This document shows, in pieces, positions 1 through 45,211 of a stretch of 64,000 nucleotides of DNA. This DNA comes from Pristiophorus japonicus. Its lineage: Eukaryota. Every line of letters starts with the position of its first letter. The first letter of the stretch is position 1. The notes beneath the pieces are model-generated. The model saw nothing but the letters and a program-made list of their open reading frames with translations, was not told the DNA's origin and searched no databases. Location of the stretch: NCBI RefSeq assembly GCF_044704955.1, contig NC_091987.1:30442001-30506000 (forward strand), in the 5' to 3' direction. The position numbers were made by a program, and so were the translations under genes.

Positions 1-1170
1 GAGGAGGTAAAAGGGCATTGTTGCATCTCCTGCACTTGCACGAAACGGGGCCGTGGGAAGGGGAGGGGGTGCTGGGGGTGACTGCGGAATTGACAAGGGT
101 ATCGCAGAGTGAGCATTCCCTTTGGAATGCTGAGACGGGAGGGGAGGGAAAGATGTGATTGATGGTGGGATCACGCTGGAGGTGGCGGAAATGGCGGAGA
201 ATGATCCGTTGAATGTGGAGGCTGGTGGGGTTAAAGGTGAGGACAAGGGGAACCCTGTCATGGTTCTGAGAGGGAGGGGAAGGGGTGAGAGTAGAGGTGT
301 GGGAAATAGAACAGACACGGTCGAGGACCACGTTAACCACGGCGGAGGGGAATCCTCTGTTGAGGAAAAAGGAAGACATGTCAGAGGCACTAGCGTGAAA
401 AGTGGCGTTGTCAGAGCAGATGCGACGGAGAAATTGGGAGAATGGAATGGAGTCCTTAAAGGATGTGGGATGGGAGGAAGTGTAGTCCAGGTAGCTGTGG
501 GAGTCAGTGGGCTTATAGTGGATACTGGTTGAACCCCAGAGATTCAGACAGAGAAGTCAAGGAAGGGAAGAGAAGAGTCAGAGATGGACCATGTGAAGGT
601 GAGGGAAGGGTGGAAATTGGATGCAAAGTGAATGAAATTTTCAAGTTCAGGGCGAGAGCAGGAAATAGCACCGATGCCACTTTAATTCTCCACTCCATTT
701 TCACTGACCTCTCTGTCCTCGGTCTCCTACACTGTTCCAAGGAAGCTCAATGTAAGCTCAAGGAACAGTGCCTCATCTTTCGTTTAGGCACTTTACAGCC
801 TTCTGGACTCAACATCGAGTCCAAAAATTTCAGAGCGTAACCGCTGCCGATCTTTGGCTCCCTCCCTCCACCCCCAGAGCCTGTTTCTTTCTTTTTTCTC
901 TCCTTGTCTCTAATGGCAGTTGGTCATTATCCCATCATTCACACCCTATCTTGACTAATGTTTTTGTAACTCCTGGCATTACCATTTGAATTTGGGCCAT
1001 CATCCCTTTTGTCTCTCTAATCTCTCCTGCCTTCCACCCTATCACAGACCTTCCCTTTTTGTTCTTTATTCCTCTCCCCTTTCAGTGCTTGTTAAGAATC
1101 TGTTCTTTCTGAACACTCCAGTTCTGACGAAGGGTCATCAACCCGAAACATTAACTCTGCTCCTCTCCAC
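1..1170. mobile_element. Penelope-like retroelement remnant (inverted arrangement)
   Basis: Minus-strand ORF remnant at 1-~680. Plus-strand GIY-YIG C-terminal-like peptide KLKEQCLIFRLGTLQPSGLNIE ending at 840, followed by a pLTR-like tail with a hammerhead motif. Confidence 0.7.
1119..1156 (+). ncRNA. Hammerhead ribozyme-like motif (Penelope-associated, minimal type I)
   Basis: AGTT-CTGACGA-AGGGTC-ATC-AACCC-GAAA-CATT-AACT. Confidence 0.55.
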
Positions 1171-1289
1171 AAAATATAGGCCTAGTCTACTCAATCTCTC
1201 CTCATAGGACAATCAGCTCCATCCCAGGAATCAGTCTGGCGAACCTTAATTGCACTCCCTCAATGGCAAGTATATCTTTCCTGATTTAC

Positions 1290-33084
<31,795 letters not shown>

Positions 33085-33300
33085 CGCGTGCCCGCTCTCC
33101 GCCTCGCGAAACTTTCGTTACTTTCAAACGGCCACGACGTTCCACATTCGCCACTCAGTGCGCCTGCGCCAAAGGTCCTTGTGCACTCCTCTTGAACCGA
33201 CCGGCCAGAAACAACATCCCCGAGAGATCCGACAGAGCAAGGACTGAACTGCGGGACAGTACCGTCCTTCGCAGTGATGGATTTGTGAGCGGAGCTCTAA
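33085..33300 (-). promoter_or_regulatory. LTN1 CpG-rich promoter / 5' UTR
   Basis: CpG-dense stretch directly upstream of the ATG. NRF1-type GCGCCTGCGC at 33160-33169 and an imperfect BANP/ZBTB33-type CTCGCGAAA at 33103-33111. Confidence 0.7.
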
Positions 33301-33489
33301 TGCTACAAAATGTTTTTATGGGGGGGGGGGGGGGGGGGGAAGGGGATCTAAATGGCACGTCACTCCAGGAAATTTAGATTTTTGTCACCATTTCGGTGCA
33401 TTTTCCAGCGTATTAAAAAATCCACTGTGATTCAGCATTTGGTCAAATGTAATTGATTCAACAATAAAATTGTATACAAATATTATAAA

Positions 33490-35130
33490 TACAACAGCAA
33501 CTTGGATTTATATAGCACCTTTAATGTAAAAAAAAAATCCCAAAGCACTTCATAGTAGCGCAATCAGGCAAAATTCAACATCAAGCCAAAGAAGGTGATA
33601 TTAGGAGGTGTGCCAAACTTGGTCAAAGAGGTAGGTTTTAAGGACGGTTTTAAAGGAGGAGAGGAAGGTGCAGAAACTGAGAGTTTTAGCGAGGGAATTC
33701 CAGAGTTCAGGGCTGAGATTGCTGACGGCATGACCGCCAGTGGTAGGGCGATCAGATTTCAAAATGCACAAGAGGGCAGAATTAGAGGGACGCAGAGTTC
33801 TTGGAGGGCTGGAGAAGGTTACAGAGATCGCAAGATATTTGAACACGAGGATGAGAATTTTCAATTTGAGGCACTGGAAGACTAATGTAGGTCAGCGAGC
33901 ACAGAGGTGGCGAGTGAATCTAACTCGTTGCGGGATGGAATACAGGCAGCAGAGTTTTAGATGAGTTGAAGTTTATGGAGAGTGGAGGATGTGAGGCCGG
34001 CCAGCAGAGTCTGGAGATGACAATGACAAGGATGATGGTTCTACAGCAGATGGGCTGAGGCAGGGATGGAGGCAGGCGATGTTATGGAGGTGGAAATAGA
34101 GGGCATGCGGGGAGATAGGAGAGAAATTAGTTCCGGGTTTGGGCAGGGGGTAACCTTGGGGGAGGTTTGGTATGATGGGCAAGGGGGAAAAGGGTGGGAT
34201 GCAGCAGAGGGCTGCTGAAACCGTCATCCTTGTCTTTGTCATCTCCCAGTCTCAACAAATATAATGCTCTCCTGGCCGGCCTCACATCCTCCACTCTCCA
34301 TAAACTTTAACTCATCTAAAACTCTGCTGCCTGTATCCTGTCACGCACCAAGTTAGACTCACTCACCACCTCTGTGCTCGCTGACCTACATTAGTCTTCT
34401 AATGCCTCAAATCGTGTTCAAATCTCTTCAGGGTGGGATGCAGCAGAGGGAGCTGAATGGCTGTTTTCAGTCTTAGTGACAAAGAAGTTTATGAGCTCCT
34501 TGCACTGGCTGTTGCAGGTGAATGTGGCAGGGTAAGAGTCTAAGGAGATGATCGGTAATGGAAAAAAGGAGCTGGGTGTTATTTTTTCTTTCCAGGATGA
34601 TCTTAGAGCAGTAACTGTTTTTGGCAGAGGAGAGCAAGGTCCGATAGTGCTTAATGGTGATGGTTGAAAAACAGTTGTATGCTAGATATGCTGAAGTTCC
34701 TTAGACTTGAGGGAGTGAAGACGGGGGCCATACTGGGGATGACGACCAGGGTGGGAGACAATAATTGTTTTATTGGGGACAAGGGCGTCAAAGCTGGAGG
34801 GGTGGTTGAGCAGATCAGTAGCTGCAGAACTATTGTGGCAAATAGTAGGTGAAAGGCTAGACAATGAGAGTTCAAATTTGCAGTTGTAAGTGACGGGATA
34901 GCGTTCATTCCAGGGACGGACGCTGAAAAAAGTGCGTTGGGAGATTTGGATGGTGAGGAATACAAGGAAATGGTGTGAGATGGTGTTGTCTATGATCTAG
35001 ATGATTGGTGTAGAGAGCTCACATGATATGCAAGGTCTAGGTGGTATTTATAGGAAGGAGAGTTGTTTATGGAGGGAGAGATTAAGGGATGGGTGCCTAA
35101 ATTTGTCCTTCGGCAAAAGACAGAGAGGGT
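33490..35130 (-). mobile_element. L2 LINE remnant upstream of LTN1
   Basis: KILILVFK and ELWNSL peptides, L2 tail at ~33495-33520; carries an inverted local duplication. Confidence 0.75.
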
Positions 35131-35131
35131 A

Positions 35132-35510
35132 CATAAGAACATAAGAATTAGGAACAGGAGTAGGCCATCTAGCCCCTCGAGCCTGCTCCGCCATTCAACA
35201 AGATCATGGCTGATCTGGCCGTGGACTCAGCTCCACTTACCCGCCCGCTCCCCGTAACCCTTAATTCCCTTATTGGTTAAAAATCTATCTATCTGTGACT
35301 TGAATACATTCAATGAGCTAGCCTCAACTGCTTCCTTGGGCAGAGAATTCCACAGATTCACAACCCTCTGGGAGAAGAAATTCCTTCTCAACTCAGTTTG
35401 AAATTGGCTCCCCCGTATTTGGAGGCTGTGCCCCCTAGTTCTAGTCTCCCCGACCAGAGGAAACAACCTCTCTGCCTCTATCTTGTCTATCCCTTTCATT
35501 ATTTTAAATG
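35132..35510 (-). mobile_element. CR1 3' fragment
   Basis: ETRTRGHSLQIRG...RRNFFSQRVVNLWNSLP; CATAAGAA repeat tail. Confidence 0.88.
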
Positions 35511-36865
35511 TAGCTGTAGGCTTTTCCAAGGGGGACTTAAGCCTGGGGTGGCAGGAGAGCAGAAAGGTATAGTAGCGATTGGATGAAGTATGGATTGAAG
35601 GAGAAAAGTACCCAAGAGGGGAGAAATGAAAACTGGCTTTACTAGATGATAGGAAGGGGAGGAGACAGGAGAGAAGGACCCGAGGAGTCAAGATAAGAAA
35701 AAAAGGAGATAACCAAAATGCACATGCGAATAGACAGAGAGAATTCAGTTTACACAGGTATTGCAAAGATTAAGAGGGACATGTCATGGTTGTAAACAGA
35801 GGACAGGGAGGAGACGCTATGCGAAAGTCTAATATTAAAGTGCAGGTCCTGTGGTGGGATGAAGTTGACTTGTAGACCGGGTGGAGTCAGCTTGGAGCAT
35901 CGACGAACCAACGTCCATATTTGGAGACATAGAAAAATGAGGAAGGGGGAGTGGGACCAATTGGATCACAGGTATAATGGGCCGAATGGCCTGTGCTTTA
36001 TCATTCTATGATTCTATGGTTGACAATTACGTATATTATCTGCTTCAGTGGTTTCTTTGGTGGCTTATCCCACAAATCCATTCCCCTTTGAATTAAAATG
36101 TTCCATTTGACTTTCTTACTGTTAATTTCCTCATTTTCAATTTGTGCTGTCTGGTATTTGAATCGGAGGGCCACTTTCATTGTCTCAGATCTTTTTTAGC
36201 GATCACACACTGCCCCTACTGGATGTTATTTTCTTCCATTCTATATGTTCTCCTGCCTATAATAAAACTTTTTAACTCTGAGCACCCAGTTTATTAAAAA
36301 GCTCTAACCACACATGTGCAAAAACAATTTGGGGAGGAATTCTCAGGCAAATCTCAACCCGAGTTTCTGAAGATAAGAAATATACAGACTTTTATCCAAA
36401 TGTTGATGCACAGACAGCATCCCAAGACCACTCACTGATGTGTACCATGTTCACTGTTAAGTTCAGCTTTCAATTTGCTTTGTTGATTGCTGCTCTGCAG
36501 TGGTGGGACATGTTGAATCTCGAGTCTGCTAACAATCCTAATTCTCCAACTTCATCCTCAATTATTTTAACACCATTCATGGTGTATGTGCATCACTTAT
36601 TTTTCTTCTTACAGCAGTATTGTACACTTGTCTGTATTAAATTTCAGCTGCTGTTGTTCCACACACTTACATATTTTGATTGACTGGTTCTAAAGCTGCC
36701 TATATATAAAAGATAGTATCGGGTACTTCCAACCACACCTGATGTTTTGGGTACAGAAACATATAACATTTTTGAGCTCAGTATTTCAGGCCGATGACCC
36801 CAATGCTCATTACAAACGGCTACTTTTTATACATTTTTCTCATCCAGACTATGTGACAATTTGTA

Positions 36866-38411
36866 CATAGAAACATAGAAAATAGGTGCAGGAGAAGGCC
36901 ATTCGGCCCTTCGAGCCTGCACCACCATTCAATAAGATCATGGCTGATCATTCCCTCAGTATCCCTTTCCTGCTTTCTCTCCATACCCTTTAATCCCTTT
37001 AGCCCTAAGGGCCATATCTAACACCCTCTTGAATATATCCAATGAATTGGCATCAACAACTCTCTGCGGTAGGGAATTCCACAGGTTAACAACTCTATGA
37101 GTGAAGAAGTTTCTCCTCATCTCAGTCCTAAATGGCCTACCCCTTATCCTAAGACTGTGTCCCTTGGTTCTGGACTTCCCCAACATCGGGAACATTCTTC
37201 CCGGATCTAACCTGTCCAGTCCCGTCAGAATCTTATATGTTTCTATGAGATCCCCTCTCATCCTTCTAAACTCCAGTGTATCCAGTTGATCCAGTCTCTC
37301 CTCATATGTCAGTCCAGCCATCCCGGGAATCAGTCTGGTGAACCTTCGCTGCACTCCCTAAATAGCAAGAACGTTCTTCCTCAGATTAGGAGACCAAAAC
37401 TGAACACAATATTCCAGATGAGGCCTCACCAAGGCCCTGTACAACTGCAGTAAGAGTTCCCTGCTCCTATACTCAAATCCCCTAGCTATGAAGGCCAACA
37501 TACCATTTGCTTTCTTCACCGCCTGCTGTACCTGCATGCCAACTTTCAATGACTGATGAACCATGACACCCAGATCTCATTGCACCTCCCCTTTTCCTAA
37601 TCTGCCACCATTCAGATAATATTCTGCCTTCGTGTTTTTGCCACCAAAGTGGATAACCTCACATTTATCCACATTATACTGCATCTGCCATGCATTTGCC
37701 CACTCACCTAACCTGTCCAAATCACCCTGCAGCCTCTTAGCATCCGCCTCACAGCTCACACCACCACCCAGTTTAGTGTCATCTGCAAACTTGGAGATAT
37801 TACACTCAATTCCTTCATCTAAATCATTGATGTATATTGTAAAGAGCTGGGGTCCCAGCACTGATCCCTGTGGCACCCCACTAGTCACTGCCTGCCATTC
37901 TGAAAAGGACCCATTTATCCCGATTCTCTGCTTCCTGTCTGCCAACCAGTTCTCTATCCATATACATTACCCCCCCAATACCATGTGCTTTGATTTTTGC
38001 ACACCAATCTCTTGTGTGGGACCTTGTCAAAAGCATTTTGAAAGTCCAAATACACCACATCCACTGATTCTCCCTTGTCCACTCTACTAGTTACATGCTC
38101 AAAAAATGCAAGAAGGTTTGTCAAGCATGATTTCCCTTTCATAAATCCATGCGGACTTGGACCGATCCTGTCACTGCTTTCCAAATGCGCTGCTATTTCA
38201 TCTTTAATAATTGATTCCAACATTTTCCCCACTACTGATGTCAGGCTAACCGGTCTATAATTACCCATTTTCTCTCTCCCTCTTTTTTTAAAAAGTGGTG
38301 TTACATTAGCTACCCTCCAGTCTATAGGAACTGATCCCGAATTTGATAGACTGTTGGAAAATGATCACTAATGCATCCACTATTTCTATGGCCACTTCCT
38401 TAAATACTCTG
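36866..38411 (-). mobile_element. CR1 LINE, 5'-truncated, young subfamily
   Basis: RT ORFs 36956-38268 (NYRPVSLTS, SGVPQGSVLGP, FADDTK); CATAGAAA tail. Confidence 0.93.
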
Positions 38412-38420
38412 AAAAGACCA

Positions 38421-38673
38421 TCGTCTGGAACTGAGCCAGTGTGCTTTCTAATCAATTAGAGTTAGAAACAGATATACATAAATACAATTCCACATTACAT
38501 AATTACATCAAAAGGTGTCTTTGATTATGTATCAATCATTACTGATTTGATTATGTTCTGTCAATGCAGATCTGTGCTAGAATGATTGGCATGCGTGAAA
38601 ATAACTCAACCTTCAAAAACATCTGTTTCTAACTCTAACTGATTAGAAAGCGCACTGGCTCAGTTCCAGACGA
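38421..38673. repeat. Foldback element: 53-bp inverted arms, 147-bp AT-rich spacer
   Basis: 38421-38473 against 38621-38673, 2 mismatches by eye. Confidence 0.85.
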
Positions 38674-39289
38674 GCCAGTTCTCAGGCAGGTGCTTATCTT
38701 AAACAAGACTAATGAATAAAAATCGCTCCCCTTTGATACAAAGGGAGCTTTGCTGCCTGTCCCGTGGCTGTGCTGCTGAAGTTAACAATCCTAATAACTT
38801 TTCTCATTAAACAGGTGGTTACTTCATAATAGAATTTGCTAATGTTGCAAGCGTCTTAACAATTCTAAAAATCAGTGATCGCTATCTTAGAATTGAGGAT
38901 AATCAAATTTCCCAAATTGTAATTCTGATTATAAACAAAGGCTGAAAGCTAACATTACTGCAATATAATGACAAATCAATAGCAATATTACATTAGCAAA
39001 CTTGAAGTCAGTTTGATTAGCCTTTTCCTTACAGGTCTAATCACAGGTCCAATGTTAGTCTTTCTTTCAAAAATAATTCTCCCTTCTCCAGAGGCATTTG
39101 ATACCTTGCTAGAATACAGTCCCAATTCTGTTCTCACCCAAGTTATGTATAAATATAGTCAATATAAAGGTATGCCTTGTGTGGATTTAATTTTAATTTA
39201 GTTTGCTCTTTACAAGTACGCTGTATATCAATTAAAAAAAATTAAAGAAGAAAACTTCAAACTGGTCCAATATATTTAATCACAAGATA

Positions 39290-40240
39290 ATTATGATGAG
39301 GAAGTCCATTCAGTCCATCTTATTTCATCCACCCAGAAAGATCCTAATATTTGCCCCATTTCAACATCCAATTATTCCTCAATAGATTCTAGGATTTTTG
39401 CCTCCGCTACTCTTCCAGGAAATCTATTACATATGTTGAAGATTCAATGTAAATAACAATTTTCTGACATCGGTCCGAAATTTACCTTTTAAGAATTTGA
39501 ATCTAGGGTCCCCTGTCTCACACTCTCTACTTAACGCAAAGTAATGTTCTGGGTTTATCTTTTTTGTTCCCTGAACTATCATATAACCTGCAAACCTGTG
39601 AACTATCATATAACCTGTAAAAGATCACTCCTTTCCCAGCTGAAAAGCCCAAATTCCTCCAGCACCAGAATGTGTCCCTTATGTCATGGTGACCAGACAT
39701 AAATGCAGTACTCACCAAGTGTGATCTGACCAGAGCACGAGAAAGATTGACCACTAGCTCCTCGGACTTGTATTCTGCTTTTTTGGCTAAGTAGTTCAGC
39801 ATTCCATTGGATTTGTTGGTCCCTGCTCTGCATTGGTTGGAGATGTTGAATGTCAACTCTATTAAGACTCCGGAGACTTTTCCAGCTTCAGCAGTAGCTG
39901 TTTCAACACCGTTCCTGGAGTACATGTTTTACATTATTTTTCTTCCTGGGTGCAATATTTTGTTTGTCTGCATTAAATTTAGTTTGTCATTTTACTGCCC
40001 ACTTGCATTTCCATCAAACTTGTTCTGTAATTTCTGAGCTGCCGTCTCAAATTCCACTGCCCCTCCTAATTTGGTATGATCTTCAAATTTAACCACTGTG
40101 CAATGAGTTTCTGGGTCATTTGTTTAAATTAAAAATAATGGTCCCAACAATAGCAAATCCTGGGTACCCCACTCAGTACCAGCCCACCCGAACATAACTC
40201 CGCTAACCAATATTAGTTGTTTTGTACCCTTTAGCCATGA
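39290..40240 (-). mobile_element. Old CR1-like LINE fragment
   Basis: Degenerate RALVRSHL and KGKFRTDVRK peptides; includes a ~28-bp tandem duplication at ~39572-39622. Confidence 0.65.
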
Positions 40241-40478
40241 AACAGATTTAAAAATAAGGCTAATTCCCAATATGCCAGGAGATTAGCTCACACTGGTTCT
40301 ATTTATTCTCCAAGTAAAACATCAAGGGCATCCGTCAATGGATATTTCTCCACTAAAATGTTCTAGTTGCTTTTATTCTATTTTCAGTAAATGTGAACTG
40401 CTCTTTTCCCTTTAAAAATAAAATTTGGCACACGGAAAAAGGAACTTTAGATTTTAGATGCTTGAACCATTAGCATTA

Positions 40479-40956
40479 CAGGTGCAGCGTCTAAAATCCG
40501 GAGTTCCAGAATCCAAAATGTTCCGGAATCCAGACCAATTGGTGGCAGGGTTGTCCGGAATCCTCAAAATGTTCCAGAATCTGGACCCGCCGACCCTGAG
40601 GTCCTGCCATTGCCCTTACCTCGGGGCCTCCTCACTGGCCAGCCCGAACAACTCCCAGACAGGGCTGCCCGACCAGCTCCTCTTTGGTGGGGCCCCACCC
40701 GACCAGCTCCTCCTCGGTGGGCCCGCCCGAACACTTCCTCAGCGGCGGGGCCCGCCCGAGTAACGCTTTGGCGGCTGGGCCCCACCCAACGACCTCATCA
40801 ACGGCACCGGCAACCCAAACAGCTCCTCAGCGAGCAAACTCCCCCCCCCCCCTTTCTGACTTTCCGAAATCCATTCATACCCGAACCTGGGCTCGGGTGT
40901 TTCCAGATTCGTGATGTCTGAAAGACGCTCCAAAGTCCGGATAAACACTGCACCTG
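40479..40956. mobile_element. Tc1/mariner (pogo/Tigger-like) MITE
   Basis: TA|CAGGTGCAGCGTCT ... AAACACTGCACCTG|TA: TIRs with a TA target-site duplication and internal TCCGG repeats. Confidence 0.8.
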
Positions 40957-41555
40957 TATTGCAATTGAAGTGAGAACATGATTATAGTAACAGCAGTCGA
41001 AATCAACATAAAAGTTTACATATTTACTCCCAAACTCTTTCCTTCCAGAATCCGTCCAGTACTGACATAAAGGCTCTGATATTTGCAGCGAGGGAGCGTG
41101 GTAGCCAAGGGGAAACCCGGAAATCCTGGGAAAGCAGAAGCCTTGCTAAATTTAACGGCAGGACTGCATTATCATATTGATAATTCCAGTTCCCGCCCAG
41201 CAGCCGACCGCATTAACAGGCTGACCCTGTCGGTGGGAAAGCCAGTAGTAGAAGGCTTCAGCCGGGGACCGTGGAGGAGCGGGGGGAAACGAAGCTCAGC
41301 AGCCGGGAAGGAAGGAAAGATCGGGGGTTGAGGAGCGGATCAGGCCGACATTCGGGAGGGGAGGAATAGAAAGATATGGGGCTAGGCTTTCGGCACATAA
41401 TCGTCCATTTAGCACCCATATAAGCGCTGAGATTCAGGTTATCGCCAATATTTGATGATAAATAGAAACTAGCGCCCGATTATCGCCAGCACAACTTTCG
41501 GCATACAGGAATGAACTGAATTGCCCGGCCTATTTTTTTTTTTAAATATGACGTC

Positions 41556-43345
41556 ATAGAAACATAGAAAGTAGGTGTAGGAGTAGGCCATTCGGTCCTT
41601 CGAGCCTGCACCACCATTCAATAAGATCATGGCTGATCATTCCTTCGGTACCCCGTTCCTGCTTTCTCTCCATACCCCTTGATCCCTTTAGCCGTAAGGG
41701 CCACATCTAACTCCCTCTTGAATATATTCAACGAACTGGCATCAACAACTCTCTGCGGTAGGGAATTCCACAGGTTAACAACTCTCTGAGTGAAGAAGTT
41801 TCTCCTCATCTCAGTCCTAAATGGTCTACCCCTTATCCTAAGACTATGTCCCCTGGTTCTGGACTTCCCCAACATCGGGAACATTCTTCCTGCATCTAAC
41901 CTGCCTAGTCCCGTCAGAATTTTATGTTTCTATGAAATCCCCTCTCATCCTTCTAAACTCCAGGGAATACAGGCCCAGTCGATCCAGTCTCTCCTCAAAT
42001 GACAGTCCTGCCATCCCAGGAATCAGTCTGGTGAACCTTCGCTGCACTCCCTCAATAGCAAGAACATCCTGCCTCAGATTAGGAGACCAAAACTGAACAC
42101 AATATTCCAGGTGGGGCCTCACCAAGACCCTGTACAACTGCAGTAAGACCTCCCTGCTCCTATACTCAAATCCCCTTGCTATGAAGGCCAACATCCCATT
42201 TGCCTTCTTCACCGCCTGCTGTACCTGCATGCCAACCTTCAATGACTGATGAATCATGACACCCAGGTCTCACTGCACCTCCCCTTTTCCTAATCTGCCG
42301 CCCTTCAATAATATTCTCCTTCGTGTTTTTGCCCCCAAAGTGGATAACCTCACATTTATCCACATTATACTGCATCTGCCATGTATTTGCCCACTCGCCT
42401 AACCTGTCCAAATCACCCTGCAGCCTCTAAGCGTCCTCCTCACAGCTCACACCGCCACCCAGTTTAGTGTCATCTGCAAACTTGGAGATATTGCACTCAA
42501 TTCCATCATCCAACTCATTAATATATTGTAAAGAGCTGGGGTCCCAGCACTGAGCCCTGCGGCACTCCACTAGCCACTGCCTGCCATTCTGAAAAGGACC
42601 CGTTAATCCCGACTCTCTGCTTCTTGTCTGTCAACCAGTTCTCTATCCACGTCAGTACATTACCCCCAATACCATGTGCTTTGATTTTGCACACAAATCT
42701 CTTGTGTGGGACCTTGTCAAAAGCCTTTTGAAAGTCCAAATACACCACATCCACTGGTTCTCCCCTGTCCACTCTACTAGTTACATCCTCAAAAAATTCC
42801 AGAAGATTTGTCAAGCATGATTTCCCCTTCATAAATCCATGCCGACTTGGACCAATCCTATCATTGCTTTCCAAATGTGCTGCTATTTCATCCTTAATGA
42901 TTGATTCCAACATTTTCCCCACTACTGATATCAGGCTAACTGGTCTATAATTACCCGTTTTCTCTCTCCCTCCTTTTTTAAAAAGTGGTGTTACATGCAT
43001 CCCTCCAGTCCATAGGAACTGATCCAGAGTTGATAGACTGTTGGAAAATTATCACCAATGCATCCACTATTTCTAGGGCCACTTCCTTAAGTACTCTAGG
43101 ATGTAGACTATCAGGCCCTGGAGATTTATCGGCCTCCAATCCCGTCAATTTCCCTAACACAATTTCCCACCTAATAAGGATATCCTTCAGTTCCTCCTTC
43201 TCATTAAACCTTCGGACCCCTAGTACATCAGGAAGGTTATTTGTGTCTTCCTTTGTGAAGACAGAACCAAAGTACTTGTTCTATTGGTCTGCCATTTCTT
43301 TGTTACCCATTATAAATTCACCCGAATCCGACTGCAAGGGACCAC
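41556..43345 (-). mobile_element. CR1 LINE inserted in the Harbinger element
   Basis: RT ORFs 41627-43160; CATAGAAACATAGAAA tail. Confidence 0.93.
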
Positions 43346-43634
43346 GAATTCGACTGCAAGGGACTCAGATTATCGCCACGTGCTACTTTAGGCATTTCAC
43401 CCATATCGCGCCCAAATGATCGCTCGCCCAAAAAGACGCTTAAGAAAAGCTGCAATCACCTGACCTTAACACAGCATTATGGAGGAAGTTTAAAAGGCTG
43501 CTTGAAGTGGTTGTGTGTGATTTTAAGGGTGTTTTTGAATCTTGCTAATCATCTAATCGCATTGTGGTTAATTTGCAGTTCATATTGTATTTGTTGAGGA
43601 TGCTTTAAGATGACAAATTGGGGAATTTATAGTG

Positions 43635-44832
43635 ATGGGGCCTGTAATTTATCAACCAGTATTGATGACTACTCACATGCTGCAGAATAGTGATTGGAGA
43701 AGGTTCATTGAAGAGCATTATGTGCCCAAAGAGGTGGCAGACTACAGAGGAGGAGACATTACACCCAATGCATTTACAGGGATAAGCGATCATACCTGGA
43801 CTTGTCCGATAACATGTGCGTTAGAAGGCTGCGATTCCAAAAGGAAATCATCTGTGAGATATGCAAGCTAATTAAGGCTGTGATTCCAAAAGGAGGTCAT
43901 CAGTGAGATACACCAGCTAATTAAGGGAGATCTGCAGCCTACCAGCACCATCAGGACCGCACTCCCCATTGAGGTTACGGTTACTGCGGCACTTTCTTTC
44001 TATGCATCGGGCTCCTTTCAGCTGCCAACATTTGCTGCATTCAACAGGTGACTGAAACCCTTTACGCACGCAGGATGGACTTTATAAACTTTCCTATGAC
44101 CAGGGACGCACAGAGTGAGAGGACTTTGGGGTTCTCGAGAATAGTAAATTTCCCCAATGTGCAGGGAGCAATAGACTGCACGCACATTGCCCTGCGAGCA
44201 CATTTACAGGATGCAGAGGTGTTTCGGAATTGAAAGGGATTTCACTCCCTGAATGTGGAGCTCGCTGTCAACTACAAGCAAATAGTCATGGCAGTAAATG
44301 CAAATTTTCCAGGGAGCATCCATGATGCACACATACTGTGTGAGAGCCCTGTCTCTGACCTGTTTAAATGAGCCACAAGTTCACGATTGGATGCTGGCCG
44401 ATCAAAGATTGCCAGCTGGCTTATGACCCCTCTGTGTAAGCCCCAGACTGAAGCCGAGAAGCGCTACAAAAGCCATATAGCCTCACGCAATATCGTCGAA
44501 AAGACAACTGGAGTTATGCCTGGACCACTCAGGAGGCAACCTACATTACACCCTGAACGGGTCGCCGAGTTCATTGTGCTGTGCTGCATGTTGCATAACC
44601 TAGCTATCAGGAGAGGACAATTGTCAGATGGGACTGCCGGTCCACCTCAGGAAAGGGGGAGGCAGAAGACGACGAGGAGGAGGACGACGACCTCAGGGAG
44701 GACAACCAGCCGGGTGATGAACCCATACTCCCACCCACACCCCCGCCAGCCACACCACTGGAAAAGCCCCATGGTAGTTACACAACTGCAAAACTGTTGC
44801 ATCAGCAGCTCATAAACGAACGCTTTGCGTGA
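43635..44832 (+). pseudogene. Harbinger (HARBI1-like, DDE_Tnp_4) transposase, frameshifted
   Basis: Motifs across frames: ALSFYASGSFQ, FPNVQGAIDCTHIAL, N*KGFHSLNV, FPGSIHDAHIL, WLMTP, RNIVEKT, CCMLHNLA. Confidence 0.88.
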
Positions 44833-45211
44833 AGTTACGTTGGTGACAGTCACAGTTGCGTTACATTTCATTCTTGCCTGGCCTGGCCATTGTTTGCCAC
44901 CCTTGTATTGATGTTTAACCGTACGTTATTAGAAGACACTGCACAACAATTGTAAAGTTCAATCAAATTTTTTAATAATTTAACAAGTGACGCAAAAGAA
45001 TATTTCAACAAACTATAACACCCCCAACAGTCAACAATATTTCTCCAACAACAATAATTTTTAATTAACGATAACACCCTCCCACAACCCTCAACATTCA
45101 ACAAATTTTTAATAACAAAAAATAGATTAGAGCCCCCCCCCTACCTGCGGCCAGGCTTCCCTCCTCAATCTTTACACCCCTCCCCTTATTTGAACCCCCC
45201 CCATTTGCCAA

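Noticed and set aside
33319-33339. Long G homopolymers (also ~3331, ~5097, ~46685, ~47507) as G-quadruplex elements
   Set aside because: Common simple runs, mostly inside repeats, and error-prone in assemblies; no further support.
43635-44832. Host gene HARBI1
   Set aside because: Multiple stops and frameshifts, flanking TIRs and a Myb partner show a transposon copy, not the domesticated gene.
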